The position numbers and the translations under genes were made by a program. A stretch of DNA of 63,137 nucleotides, filler included, from Blastocystis sp. subtype 4 (taxonomy: Eukaryota): assembly GCF_000743755.1 (NCBI RefSeq). It is 3 parts of 3 records of this genome, joined end to end, with 100 filler letters (N's around TTAATTAATTAA, not from the genome) between each part and the next. Parts side by side here need not be neighbours in the genome. Positions count along the whole stretch, not along the records: positions 48,040 to 63,137 come from NW_014569292.1; 2 more parts are not named here. One strand, given 5' to 3'. This document shows positions 50,930 through 63,137 of the stretch, piece after piece. Under the pieces are notes generated by a model. That model was given only the letters and a program-made list of their open reading frames with translations. It was not told the origin of the DNA and did no database searches. Each line of letters begins with the position of its first letter. Within the stretch, counting starts at the first letter, position 1.

Positions 50930-53900
50930 TTAGTTACAAACATAAGAAAGTTGAACAATTGTTGATCCATTGGGATCCTTTCCAATCTATGGTTCAACAT
51001 CTCTGCAACTATCTACTGTGATTGTGTGCGTGGCTTTTGCTTGAAAGGCAGCATGATGCGAAATACAAATAACTTGTGTGTTGAGAGGAATCAGAATGTC
51101 GTGAATCAGATTCACAACTCGTGTTGTATTCTCTTCATCAAGAGCAGCATCGATCTCAGTGATGAGGAAAGAGTTGTTATTACTTCATCAAAGATATAGA
51201 CGGAATATGGATTATAAGATACTTGGGCCAAAACAAGTGCAATGGAGACAAGAGATTTTTGACCACCAGATAATTCTGTGAGTGCTTTCATATGAGTGGT
51301 TAGGAAATGGAAATACTTTGTTTCCATCGTTCTGCTGAGGCATTTCGGATCTGAAGGATGATACCTCCTTGAATATCCTTCTCATTGTTCTAATAATCAG
51401 AAACTATCGGAACAAGAACAAGAATCATTCGAATCTCCTTCTCTGGAATCTACTCTTGAATCTCGCAAACAATGATTACAAGTGTTTTGCAGAAGGTGGA
51501 AAATCGTTGGCTTATGGTTTGAAAGGTGTGAAGATTCAAATCCACAGTTGTCTCTTCTGTATGAGTAATCTCCTGTTCTATTTGTTGTATAGCTTGTTCA
51601 ATGACTTTTCTATCTTGAATCAGATTCTGCAATTAATGGATTCACTCATTACTCACTTCATATTCCTGTACTGCTTCAGGTGCTACCGATACAGACTTTT
51701 CGGTACGTAGAGAAGCATTCAGTTGTGTGAGTTGTTTCTGAATTGATTCTAATTGAGTGCGGAGTGTGTGAATATGGGTCTAGACTGAATAATCATCTCA
51801 AATCTGACTTCCAACTGATCCCGAGTCATTGAAGAAGATGATTGGACTCGACATCTCTTTGAGCGATGCTTCCCTGAGTGTTGTACTTGTATCTTGTGAA
51901 GTTCATCTTCAATCTGATGTGATTGCTCTTGAAGTTCATTTTGTCTCCTGGTCAGTTTGGAGACGACTTCTTCATCTAGTGTGAGAGAAAGAGACTGGAT
52001 TTCCTTCTCTTTCTCTTCTACCACACGGTAAAGAGATTGGATTTGTGATTCCAATGTTTCCTTCTCCTTCATCTCAGTTTCTTCTTGTTTCTTCCAGAGG
52101 TCGATTTGAAGGTGTTTCTCTAATAGCTGGTTTGTCAATATATTGCTCTTTGATTCTAGAGCACTTTCTCGTTTCTTCCACACATTTACAACATCCTGAA
52201 GAGATGGGGGAGTATGTGTAGAAAGGACCTGTTTTAAAGACTCTTGAAGAGATTCGCATTGCTCTTCAAGTAAGTGGAATCATTCAGGCTTACTGGAAGG
52301 AAGAGTCTGAAAGACTGTATGAATGGCCAAACAAGTATCAGAAAGATGAATTTGTCGTTCTTCTGCCCTGATCAAATCGTCCAGTTCTTGTTGGAGTGTC
52401 TGTTGATGACTGGTCCCATGTGTGTATTGTTGTTCCAGTTCCATTAACTTAGCTCGTGTACTTTCGAGCTTCACTTCAATGGGTCTCACCTCTGAAGCAA
52501 GCTTATTTAGCATATCAAGTCGAGATTGTGTCTGGTGAATCGAATCCAGTGTAGTGAAAAGCTCATTCTCTCGAAACGTGTCGTTTCCTCCAGTTAACAA
52601 TCCATTCTAATTGTTAGAAAGATGATTGCAGTACAGAATGAATCGATCCATCAGTTGTGATCACACGAATCGAACGAGATGTTAGAAGTGAGGAGAAGGA
52701 GGAAATAACCTTTGGATCGGTGAGAGGATACTGATTAAGATCCAGGAAGTATGTTGTACCCACTACTGCATTGAGAACGGATACGATTGACGAAGTTACA
52801 GAACAGAGAGATAAAGGATGAATGAGTGTGAAGAAAGGCGTTTGAATGGACTTGGTATCAATGGTTGACGATGTCATTTGTTGAAGCTTTTCTAGTACCC
52901 AGACTCGTATGGTATGGTGTTGAGAGTTGATAAGTTTCTATTGACAAAATGGAATGAATGGAGTACTTGGGATTGGATATATGTAGAACACAGAATGACT
53001 GATAAATATGGTTTAAGAAGCTGGTAAAAACACAAACGAAATGATTGTGCTTGAGGTAGGAAAGTAAACTGTTCAATAAGAAGACCCAGTGTATCATCAA
53101 ATGGAATGGAAGTAGTATGAGTGAATGTGGATCGAAGGGAGGAAAGAGTTGATTTCTCTGCATATATCTTATTGGAGAGAGAAGGCATATCCAGATTTCC
53201 TAATACCTGAGATGATTGAGTTTGGAGATTCCGAAGTGTCTCTTGAAGAGTTTGGATCGATTGAATGAGGTTAGACTGAGAAGAAGACATAGTATCCAGT
53301 TCGTGTTGCTTTGCCATACGTTGTTGATGGAGAGTGGTTGATTGGAGTTCTGTGTATTCCTTCAGATATGTCTTTTCATGAATTTCAGTCATGTTTCATA
53401 CTTGGATTGCTGATAAATCGACTGGAATTTGATCAAGTGTTTCTAAGAGACTCTCCTCAGCTTCGATTGTTGCCATCTCATCTTCCAAAGCATGGTGCTC
53501 CATCTCCAGATCATGGATCATGGCTTCTGTTTCCTGAAAACTCTGAATACGTTGTTGTGCTTCATTCTGTAGGTTTCTGAGTCTTGTTTCCTTCTCTGAG
53601 AGGTCCTATTGTTGATTCTTCTCGGCATTATTACGTTCTTCAATCGATCTACTTCCCTCTTCTTCTCTTGCTGGGCTGCAAACTGCTTTTCCATATCTCG
53701 TGCCATATCATAGAAGGAAGAGAGTTTAGATGTGATGGAAGTGAGTTCATCTTGGAAGGATTGAAGTGCTATTGATAAGGGAACTAATGAAAATACTGAG
53801 AGAGAGTTCCTGTTGACGGAGTTGACATAGATCATCTTCATTTGTTTCTAGCTCTTGGCACACCTCTGCAGAGAGATTGGTTAATTCACTCCGTTTAGCC

Positions 53901-54594
53901 AGGATCTGATTATGCTGTTTTATGCGTTCAATAGTACTTCCTTTCTGCTTCAGATTGACATCAATTGTATGAAGCATTCGCAGCATCGATTCTCTCTCAC
54001 GATGATAGGTCTGAAGAAAGCGAAGGAATTGACTACATCCATTTGTCTAATTGAGATCAATGACAGATCTGTACTTCCATAATAAAGTTGATCAGAAAGT
54101 CACTATCATTACAACAGAAACTCTGAATTCGGTTTTGTTGAATTACAAATAGAGGATCAGGAGCAATTCGTAAACCAAGTTGATCAGAGACTGCTTGACG
54201 GAGACGTTCTCGAGATAGGGTTTTCCCATTATATCGATAGCTACACATGGAACCAGTATCGATCAACTTACACAGTCGTTCCATTCATATCGGAGGAGAA
54301 TGCAATCCGAATTCCACTTCTTGAATTTTGGACATCTTGAAACTCCAATTGAATTATACATTTGTCTGCAGTATTGGTGTCAAGATGAGTAATCAACTCT
54401 GAATACTTGGAACAACGAAGTCGTTTCACATCCACACCAAGACAACAGCAGATCGCATCAATGAGAGCAGACTTTCCACAACCATTCTTTCCCACTATAC
54501 AAGTAAGTTGCTCAGTGAAATGAATTGTGGTGTTGTTTCCGAAGGACTTGAAACTATTTACAGAAACGCTCTTGATGTGGTATCTTGTCTGCAT
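50930..54594 (-). CDS. Divergent SMC-family ATPase (spliced; may end at 50947 via poly(A))
   Basis: FKSF, Walker A GKNGCGKS, Q-loop, coiled coils, LSGGQKS, Walker B IFDE|IDAALD and ICISH. Confidence 0.85.
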
Positions 54595-54888
54595 GAAAGA
54601 GTAAGTAGATCTATCGATCTTGGAGGGAAGGGAGTAGTTGCTTCAACAACTGTAAAAGGTGTTTTGCACTTCATTCTCAATCTTAAATCAATAGTTTACG
54701 GCACAATCACTGCAAAAAACGATCCAATGTACAATCACGGGAATTTGTCTGCAATCTCATTTCGTACAGTTGTAGATACTATGAACATAGGAATTATGAA
54801 TCCAACCATTATAATTATGGATATTGAAGAAAATGAAAGAGAATTCAGAAGCAGCTCTTGAACCATGAGCTACAGAAAGAAAGTGATA

Positions 54889-55027
54889 AATCACTTTACC
54901 ATCATTTGAAGAATAAAATAAGATGATTGATTCCAAGAGTTCGATATCACTGATGACCGAAAGAGAATCATTTAATGAACGTTCATCGTTTCAGAGAAAT
55001 ATCAGGTTTAAATTATTGATATTGACT
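54889..55027 (+). repeat. Left copy of degenerate direct repeat flanking the MORN/LRR gene
   Basis: Two ungapped blocks match 58902-59057: 43/56 and 43/54 identities, counted by hand. Confidence 0.8.
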
Positions 55028-55130
55028 AAGTTGGTGCAATGATAGAAATTGATTAATTGAATTGATTCCCGTGAATCAGTTTTAGGTATGATCGAATGGA
55101 AGTACCATTTATTCTTATTGGAATAGGACT

Positions 55131-58100
55131 ATGAGTGATAATAAGAGAATGAAAATAGATAAAAGGTCAATGTCAGGGGAGGTGAATGGAGTAGAATGGA
55201 GAGTGAAGTGGAAAGAGTACTTGAAAGAGAGTGTATTGAATGATAATAAGAATTGTATGTTGATAATGAATGTTGAGAGAGGAGAAATGAGAGGAGTATG
55301 TAAGAGAGGAGAAGAAGTGATAGAAGTGAATGAGAATGAGAATGAAGTGGAATTGATAATAGTGAATGTATTGAATCATTCAATGAGAATATTGAAAGGA
55401 TTGAAAGGAGAAGAATTGAATGAAATGGATTTGAGTGAATTGGTTGAGAATGAGATTGTTGATTTGAATGATGATGGAAGGAAATGGAAAGGAGGAGTAT
55501 TGAGAGGAGAATTGTTTGGATATGGTTGTTTGTATAATGAAGAGAATGGATTAGAATATGAAGGTTGGATGATAGAAGGAAAGAAGAGATTTTATGGAAT
55601 TGAGTATTGGAGTGATATTGGATTGAAGAAGTATTGTGGTTGTTACAACAATGGATTGAAGAATGGATATGGATTATTGTATGATCGAAATGGAATGATT
55701 GAATATGAAGGACTATTCAAAGATGATCACTCTGTTACTGATGATGATATGAGAATGAAATGGATTGATGATTGTGAATTGATTGTTACTAGTTGTATTG
55801 AATCTCTGACTATTGATAATGATTTCAATAGACCTGATATATCATCATTGATATTGAACTGTCTATTGATATCATTGAAACGAATTGAGATTGGAAATGA
55901 TTGTTTTGAGAAGGTGGATCGATTTGTGATTGATGGATTGAATGAATTGGAGAGTGTAGTTATTGGAAAGAATAGCTTTGAACTCGATAATGAAGATAAC
56001 CTAGAAGGAAGCAGATGTGTGATAATGAATTGTGATCAATTGAGACAAATCCATATTGAAGAGAGTTCATTCAGATGGTATGAATCATTTGAATTGAAGA
56101 ATCTCCCTTCTCTCATATCCATTCAATTGGATAAGAGTGTATTCTGGAAGTGTCATTCAATAGTGTTTGAGAGTATGAATGATTGAATGAATCATAAATC
56201 AGATTTGACGAAACTTCAATCCATCATTCTTGGATCACAAACTCTTTGTGGTTTTGATACTTTCTATAATAAGACTGTTGAGTCGAAATTGATAATGAGG
56301 AGTATGGATGATAATGATGATTGATTGATCAGATCTTCCTTCTCTGACTCTAATCAAAGGATATTATAGCAATTCTAATATAGGCAAAGTGATATTGGAG
56401 AGTGCTGATTGATAATCGAATTTGACTTAGACATTCCATCACTCACTTCAGAAGGAATTCAGATGAGTAAAGCATTCGGTGAAGTGAGAGAATTGGTCTG
56501 CTCAAGTATGATTGATGAATTGCTAATAATTGAGATGCTGATTCTCTTGATCGATTCATTCGACAGAAGAGTGAATATCTACTGAAAATAGATGAGGAAT
56601 ACGATAGCAGTACAACAAAACGATTTGAATATGGATATGCTCATAATTTGAGTGTATTTGATACTGATTGTTTGAAAGGAATTGAGAGACTTGAGATTGG
56701 AGGTCATTGTTTTGAGAAGGTGGATCGATTTGTGATTGATGGATTGAATGAATTGGAGAGTATAGTTATTGGAAAGAATAGCTTTGAACTCGATTATCAG
56801 AATAGTAGAGGAAGCAGATGTGTGATAATGAATTGTGATCAATTGAGTCTAATCCGCTTTGCATATAATTCGTTCTGGCGGTATGAATCATTTGAATTGA
56901 AGAATCTCCCTTCTCTCATATCCATTCAATTGGGTTATGCTGCATTCGGTCCTTGTCATTCAATAGTGTTTGAGAGTGAGAATGATTGAATGAATGATAA
57001 ATGAGATCTAACAAAACTTCAATCCATTACTCTTGCATTAGAAGTTGCTAGAGGTGATGAGAATACTGTTGAATCGAATGAATTAATAATGAGGAGTATG
57101 AATGAATATTGCTAATGATTGATCAGATCTTCCTTCTCTGGCCCTAATCGATGGAGAAGGTTACAATTTCAGTAATATAGGCAAAGTGATATTGGAGAGT
57201 GCTGATTGATAATCGAATTTGACTTAGACATTCCATCACTCACTGAAGAGGGAATTCATATGGGTTCTGCATTCGGTGAAGTGAGAGAATTGGTCTGCTC
57301 AAGTATGATTGATGAATTGCTAATAATTGAGATGCTGATTCTCTTGAGTACTACATTACTAAGAATATTCGTGATGTTTCTCCTTCTGAACACTTATTGT
57401 CTCTTCATCCATCAGTATTCTGGATATCAAAATCTAATCAAATGAAACAGGTTTCTCGTTCTGTTGAATCAATAGTGATTAAGGGTGGAGTAGGAAGGGA
57501 TGGAAGGAAGTCATTCAAACTCTCCAATCTCCCTTCTCTCATCACTCTTGAAATGGGTTATGCTGCATTCGATGATTGTCATTCAATAGTGTTTGAGAGT
57601 GAGAATGATTGAATGAATCATAAATCAGATCTGACGAAACTTCAATCCATCATTCTTGGATCACAAACTCTTTGTGGTTTTGATACTTTCTATGATGAGA
57701 CTGTTGAACCGAAATTGACAATGAGGAGTATGAATGATAATGATGATTGATTGATCAGATCTTCCTTCTCTGACCCTAATCAAAGGAGATGATGGCAATT
57801 TCTATAATATAGGCAAAGTGATATTGGAGAGTGCTGATTGATAATTGAATTTGACTTAGACATTCCATCACTCACTGAAGAGGGAATTCAGTTGAATCCA
57901 TTGTCGTTCGGTGAAGTGAGAGAATTGGTCTGCTCAAGTATGATTGATTACTGAGATGCTGATTCTCTTGAGTACTACATCACTAAGAATAGTAAAGTAA
58001 CTCCTTCTGAACACTTCCTGTCTCTTCATCCATCAGTATTCTGGATATCAAAGGTAAGTGAAATGGAGCAGATTTCTCGTTCTGTTGAATCAATAGTGAT

Positions 58101-58667
58101 TAAAAGAAATATTGGAGAGGGCAGCAAATCATTCAAACTCTCCAATCTCCCTTCTCTCATATCCATTCAATTGAACGGTAATAAATTATGTTGTTCTGGA
58201 TCTGGTAATTGTCATGCTGCATTCGGTGATTGTCATTCAATAGTGTTTGAGAGTATGAATGATTGAATGAATCATAAATCAGATCTGACGAAACTTCAAT
58301 CCATCATTCTTGGATCACAAACTCTTTGTGGTGATGTATATACTATTGAATCGAATGAATTGATAATGAGGAGTATGAATGATAATGATGATTGATTGAT
58401 CAGATCTTCCTTCTCTGACCCTAATCAAAGGAGATGGTGGCAATTTCTATAATATAGGCAAAGTGACATTGGAGAGTGCTGATTGATAATCGAATTTGAC
58501 TTAGACATTCCATCACTCACTGAAGAGGGAATTCAGTTGAATCCATTGTCGTTCGGTGAAGTGAGAGAATTGGTCTGCTCAAGTATGATTGAATTGCTAA
58601 TGATTGAGATGCTGATTCTCTTGATCGATTCATTCGACAGGGACTTTGTCGTCTCAAATACTATTAA
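55131..58667 (+). CDS. MORN-repeat plus LRR-like (BspA-like) repeat protein with many introns; possibly decaying
   Basis: MORN-like YEG.W..G...GYG repeats are followed by LPSL.SI.LG/IG..CF..V..F.I.GL..LE repeats, including four tandem exon+intron modules. Confidence 0.7.
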
Positions 58668-58901
58668 TCAGATCGTCCCGATTCTTATGAACCAAAAGTA
58701 TCACCTAGAGAATTGAGAAATGATAATTTGAGTATCCTGAACCCATTGTTTGTGGAATAATCATATTTGTTCCTCCGATCCATCTCTCTCATAATTTGAT
58801 CATCATCCACTAGAACCAATCGATGTATTTAACAGAAATAGTATCACTAAATAGATAGGAGGGAGTGGAACATACTATGAATTAAAGAACAGAAATTGGT
58901 G

Positions 58902-59057
58902 AATCACCTTACCATTATTTATGGAATAGAATGGAATAAATAATTCCCAGAGTTCGACACACATGGAACCAAAAGAAAAATAGATCACTCCATTGATTAC
59001 CAGAATGAACATCCGTCATTTCAGAGAAGTGTCAGTTTTGAATGATTAAAATTGACT
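58902..59057 (+). repeat. Right copy of degenerate direct repeat flanking the MORN/LRR gene
   Basis: Matches 54889-55027 in two ungapped blocks. Confidence 0.8.
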
Positions 59058-59161
59058 GCGTTACTGTACTACCGTGATTCCAGTATCGCGGGAATTTATC
59101 AGCAATTCTTGTTAATAACAGTTGTTGATTTCGTAACGTAATGCTCGCTTCGAAGTCGGTT

Positions 59162-60075
59162 ATGTTCGCAAAGAGTATGTGCAGCAAGCCTGCCACTCTT
59201 CAGTTTGCTGCTCAGCGTTTTATGTCGGCTGCTCCCGACATGAAGGTTAATCCCACTACAGGCAAGCCCGTTATTGTACTCTACGTCTGTAATGAATAGA
59301 AGAACTACAAAATATTCTCGGTTTTCCGTTTTGATAATGAACGAGATAACAAGTTCCATTACGAGAAGTACGCTGTGGATCTCAACGAGTATATCTCATT
59401 TTGATGTTTTGAGGTATAGTTGTGGAACTATGGTTCTGGATGCTCTGTTCAAGATCAAGAACGAGCAAGATCCCACGTTTGCTTTCCGAAGGTAATTGCT
59501 CATCTCATTCGTAAGTTGTTAGATCATGCCGTGAGGGTATTTGTGGTTCTTGTGCCATGAACATCAATGGAGAGAACGGACTTGCATGTTTGACAAAGAT
59601 TCCTCGGGACAACAAGGTGGCGACGATTCGTCCTCTTCCTCACATGTATGTGATCAAGGATCTGGTTACTGACATGACCAACTTCTATGAGCAGTATGCC
59701 TCTATTAAGCCCTGGCTTCAGAAGAAGGCAGAGGTGAATACCAATTACGAGGTGGAGAATCTTCAGTCTTACGAGGATCGTTTGCTTCTGGATGGTTTGT
59801 ATGAATGTATTCTGTGTGCCTGTTGCTCTACATCCTGTCCTTCCTATTGGTGGCATCCTGACAAGTACTTGGGTCCTTCCATTCTCCAGCAAGCCTATCG
59901 TTGGATTGCAGATTCCCGTGATGAGATGACAGAGGAGCGTTTGAAGAGTTTGGACGATACTTACAAGCTGTATCGTTGTCATGCCATTATGAACTGCACA
60001 CATGCTTGTCCTAAGAATCTAAATCCTGGTCGTTCGATTCACAAGCTGAAGCATGCTCTTCATAAGATGCATTAA
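59162..60075 (+). CDS. SDHB: Succinate dehydrogenase iron-sulfur subunit with organellar presequence (spliced)
   Basis: [36 protein letters not shown] and [15 protein letters not shown]-terminus MFAKSMCSK...QRFMS. Confidence 0.96.
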
Positions 60076-60100
60076 TCTTTTATCCGTTTCTTCTGTTGAA

Positions 60101-62653
60101 TTAATAAACACAGCAAAACATCGAGAACTTATTCATAATCATCACTTTATCCTCAGGATCAATATCAGATCGAACCATCATTAATGTCTTTACTCCATTC
60201 TCCATTAATTTGCCCCCCACAAGTGACAATAACAAGCGATAGCCTTCATCTGTAATCATTCCATTCATCACAATCATCTCTACACTTAAATACCTTTCAA
60301 TACTCATACCAGCAGGCTGTTTTAAGAATATTTCCAAATTACGAATAGGTAACAATACTTCAGCAACATACTCTCCATTTCGATAACGCCGATCTGTATA
60401 TTTCATTGCATTCGCTACAGCATCACTTGTAAAATAACTCATTAAGCTCTATCACTCAATATCTCTTCTCATACTCACGTCATAATCTGTCTTCACACGA
60501 CATCCAACAGTCAATGGGTCATCAAAGAACGTTTTCATTCGACTAAAACATGTGAAATATCGCTTTACCTAGAAATCAGATATCTCTAATATACTCCTAC
60601 GCTGTTATGAAGACAATCAATTACAATCATCCCACAGAAATACTTTGACTGAATCCATACTTGCAAATCGTTTAAATAATCTTGGAATGTGCTGGTCATT
60701 GTCAGTATACCTTCTGCTTCTTCTTGACCCAGCCATTCTTCTGTGAAACACATATTCTCGAGTACCTACACATCACATGCATTCATCATCATCACATTCG
60801 AAGCATCAATATCTCCAATAATAAGATCACTCAAAGCATGGGCTGCCGTCGTATTCAACTCTGTAAGAGGTTCCGTAATTGTACTCAACAATTGATTCAG
60901 ATCAATCTGCTGATCCTCTGTTAAACTATCTACCACCAGATCTGTGATTGATTCCACATATTCTCGGAGGGCATTGTTACTGTTGATGATTGCACATAAT
61001 TCCCGATCAGAACAATTCTCACTCTCAATACGTGTTTTGTAATGATTCACATACACAGATAAAGATGAAGTGCAAATCTACTCATGATTTCTAGAATGAC
61101 AAAAAACGACTCGAATTGCTTCAATCAAAACTGAACCCTTCAAATGCTCTCCAGCAAGTTCCACCTGTGTTTTAATAAGACTGAAGATGTCTTCAGGCAC
61201 TGCTGTGACCAACTGACCTTCATCTGATTCCATGGGTACATCCCCGCGATCGAGGATTCTCTTGAACCATATCTGTAAACGTGACTATGATGAAGGAATT
61301 GGTCCATTCTTACAGTACAAGCCACATCAAATTGATGTAAAAGGCGTTTCTTAGCATCGACAAACACGGGAATGTCTTCAGCTCCCCAGGATGCGACTTC
61401 CTCTGAGAACGAATCCAACCATTCTACAAGAACAAGGATATCACCAGGTTCAAGAGTAGGATCAGAGTAAAAACACTCCATCTAAATCTTAGTGAATGCA
61501 TGATTGACAACATTGTTGTTAGCTACGACCGCATATTGCGTAATGAAGAATTGAAGGACATTGTAATGAGGAGGAAAGCAAGGAACCACCTTTGTTCGTA
61601 CCAACTCCAGATCCGATAGCAATTGCATACCAATACGAAGCTTATCTTTCATCGTATCTCCTTGCTACAATGATTATCAACTACCCTGATCCATACACTA
61701 TACGCTCGCTCACAACGACGTTGAATGGCTGTCAAGAGTCGATCTCGACATTCATCAACCCAGTCACGATCTTCCAACACCCAACGAGCCACTGTATCTC
61801 CACGCTCAGCCATCCGCTTTGCTTTGTCCTTTCGGTGCTGATTCTTCTCGATGATGGTTAATGCACGAACTAAGGCTGCTGGATCCAACTGAGCCAGTTC
61901 CATACATCGATAGATGTGTTCCCACAACTTATCTTCGAGGATATGTTGGAGAGATTGAATGGCATCAAAGGAAGTCTGGAAAATCTCTTCCGTTAATTGC
62001 TTCTTTGATTCGTTAGTGATCATTGCAATCTGGTCTTTCACTTTCCACATCCATGCATAGTAACCAATCCACTCATCATAAACGGTCTTCAGACATCTGA
62101 AAATAACTCATCCAATTATGCAAGTGTACGTATAATCCTCGTTGATTCGTACTGTCATTACCTTGATACGATCAGGGAGCTCTTCCATGAACTTGATCTG
62201 GTTGACAACACTGTATACATTCTTTCGTGCAACATACAACTTGTCAATCTGCTTGTTCCTAGGCTAAAACACTCTCTATTACTCTCTACGTTCCAAGAGT
62301 CTGCAATGATTCGGAACAATTCTTGCGAACACTTTCAAACCGAGATCGCATACTCTCGGTATGTTCATGAATGGCATGAACACTCTATTCATGATAACCT
62401 CTCATATTCCCCACGTTGAGTGACTCTGTTAGTTCGTCAAGTTGTGTCTGCATCACAGCTCCCAGTTGTGTTCGAAGGGAAGCAAGCTTTTGATTCACCT
62501 CTATAAATAGGAGAAGGATATCCACAGCATACTTTGCATAATGACATCCATCGAATCCAATTGCGCTGATGTATCCAGCAAAGTGGCGATTTCCTCTGTT
62601 GAGTTACGGTACGCCTTTAGTTCAAGTTCTACACTAATGGGAGTTCCTTCCAT
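60101..62653 (-). CDS. SEC6: Exocyst subunit Sec6/EXOC3 (spliced; may end at 60115 via poly(A))
   Basis: LASLRTQLGAVMQTQLDE, DPAALVRALTIIE, VVPCFPPHYNVL and LCAIINSN. Confidence 0.8.
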
Positions 62654-62954
62654 TTGTAAAATCCAGTAGAATCCACCGTTTTTGATTGATACTCTTGAGC
62701 GGATTAAAACGGTTATTGGGTGATAATGACCACCTTGGTGTAAATGCTTCTATCTCAGAACTGAAGGCAGGAAAATTGATTTGAAAATTATAACTTTCTA
62801 ATTCCCTTTCCCGCATGTGAAACAAGTAATAAATAGTAATGCACCTATTATTTAAAAATTCAAGGACAGAATTAGAGCCCATTCTAGCCATCTGTGCCCA
62901 AATTTTGTGGACAACTCGTTCATTCAGTATTCATCAAGTATTGTTGTGTGAACC

Positions 62955-63137
62955 ATGGCTATTGGTAGGTATTGACTCGTAAATAACTCTTGTCAAAGCA
63001 GAGTCGTGAACTAGTGATTTTTAACCGATTTTGTAGGTAAGACTCAGAAGAAGATCAACAAGAAGGGAAAGGGAAAGAAGGTGATCGATACAATGGCAAA
63101 GAAGGAGTGGTACGATGTTCGTGCCCCTAACCAGTTC
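62955..63137 (+). CDS. RPS3A: 40S ribosomal protein S3a (eS1), 5' part
   Basis: MAIG|KTQKKINKKGKGKKVIDTMAKKEWYDVRAPNQF, with a 72-nt intron at 62965-63036. Confidence 0.93.

Noticed and set aside
56150..58640. CRISPR-like repeat/spacer appearance
   Set aside because: The repeats are long coding exon-intron modules in a eukaryotic gene, and there are no cas genes.
59524..60003. 159-aa minus-strand ORF
   Set aside because: It is the antisense shadow of the codon-biased SDHB gene.
59162..60075. SDHB in an anaerobe as a novelty
   Set aside because: Complex II in the Blastocystis mitochondrion-related organelle is already established.
62675..62713. ACCGTTTT/AAAACGGT hairpin upstream of Sec6
   Set aside because: It is a single AT-rich hairpin with no H/ACA or C/D boxes in the right places and may be chance.

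Overview
This is gene-dense, AT-rich eukaryotic nuclear DNA. It has many ~30-nt GT-AG introns, intergenic spacers of only tens of bases, and a TGTTTGTT-type element just downstream of most gene ends. These features match the anaerobic gut stramenopile Blastocystis (inference; subtype not determinable here). About 40 genes are supportable: CCT8, ARPC4, a Tra2/SR45a-like protein, RME-8, Zim17, tRNA-His, glycogen debranching enzyme, HspBP1/Fes1, AP-4 sigma, METTL4-like, Mei2-like, RPS8, Sec62, a MyTH4-RhoGAP, a THUMP methyltransferase, proC, Mpv17, Vps33, ERCC6L-like, RPL7A, RPB4, a CaCA exchanger, an SMC, SDHB, Sec6 and RPS3A among them. Two N-gaps contain an artificial TTAATTAATTAA linker. Highlights: (1) several genes whose stop codon appears to be completed by polyadenylation, with a codon-initial T exactly 5 nt upstream of the motif; (2) small spliced genes missing from the ORF track, namely a 39-aa Tom5-like protein, an HMG-box protein and two divergent tandem RPB12 paralogues; (3) a MORN/LRR-repeat gene built from tandem exon+intron modules and flanked by degenerate direct repeats, a possible mobile or amplifying cassette; (4) recurrent promoter motifs and a strongly base-paired intergenic segment; (5) a CaCA exchanger lacking both canonical ion-binding acidic residues. 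All gene models were spliced by eye, so boundaries, especially 5' ends, are approximate.
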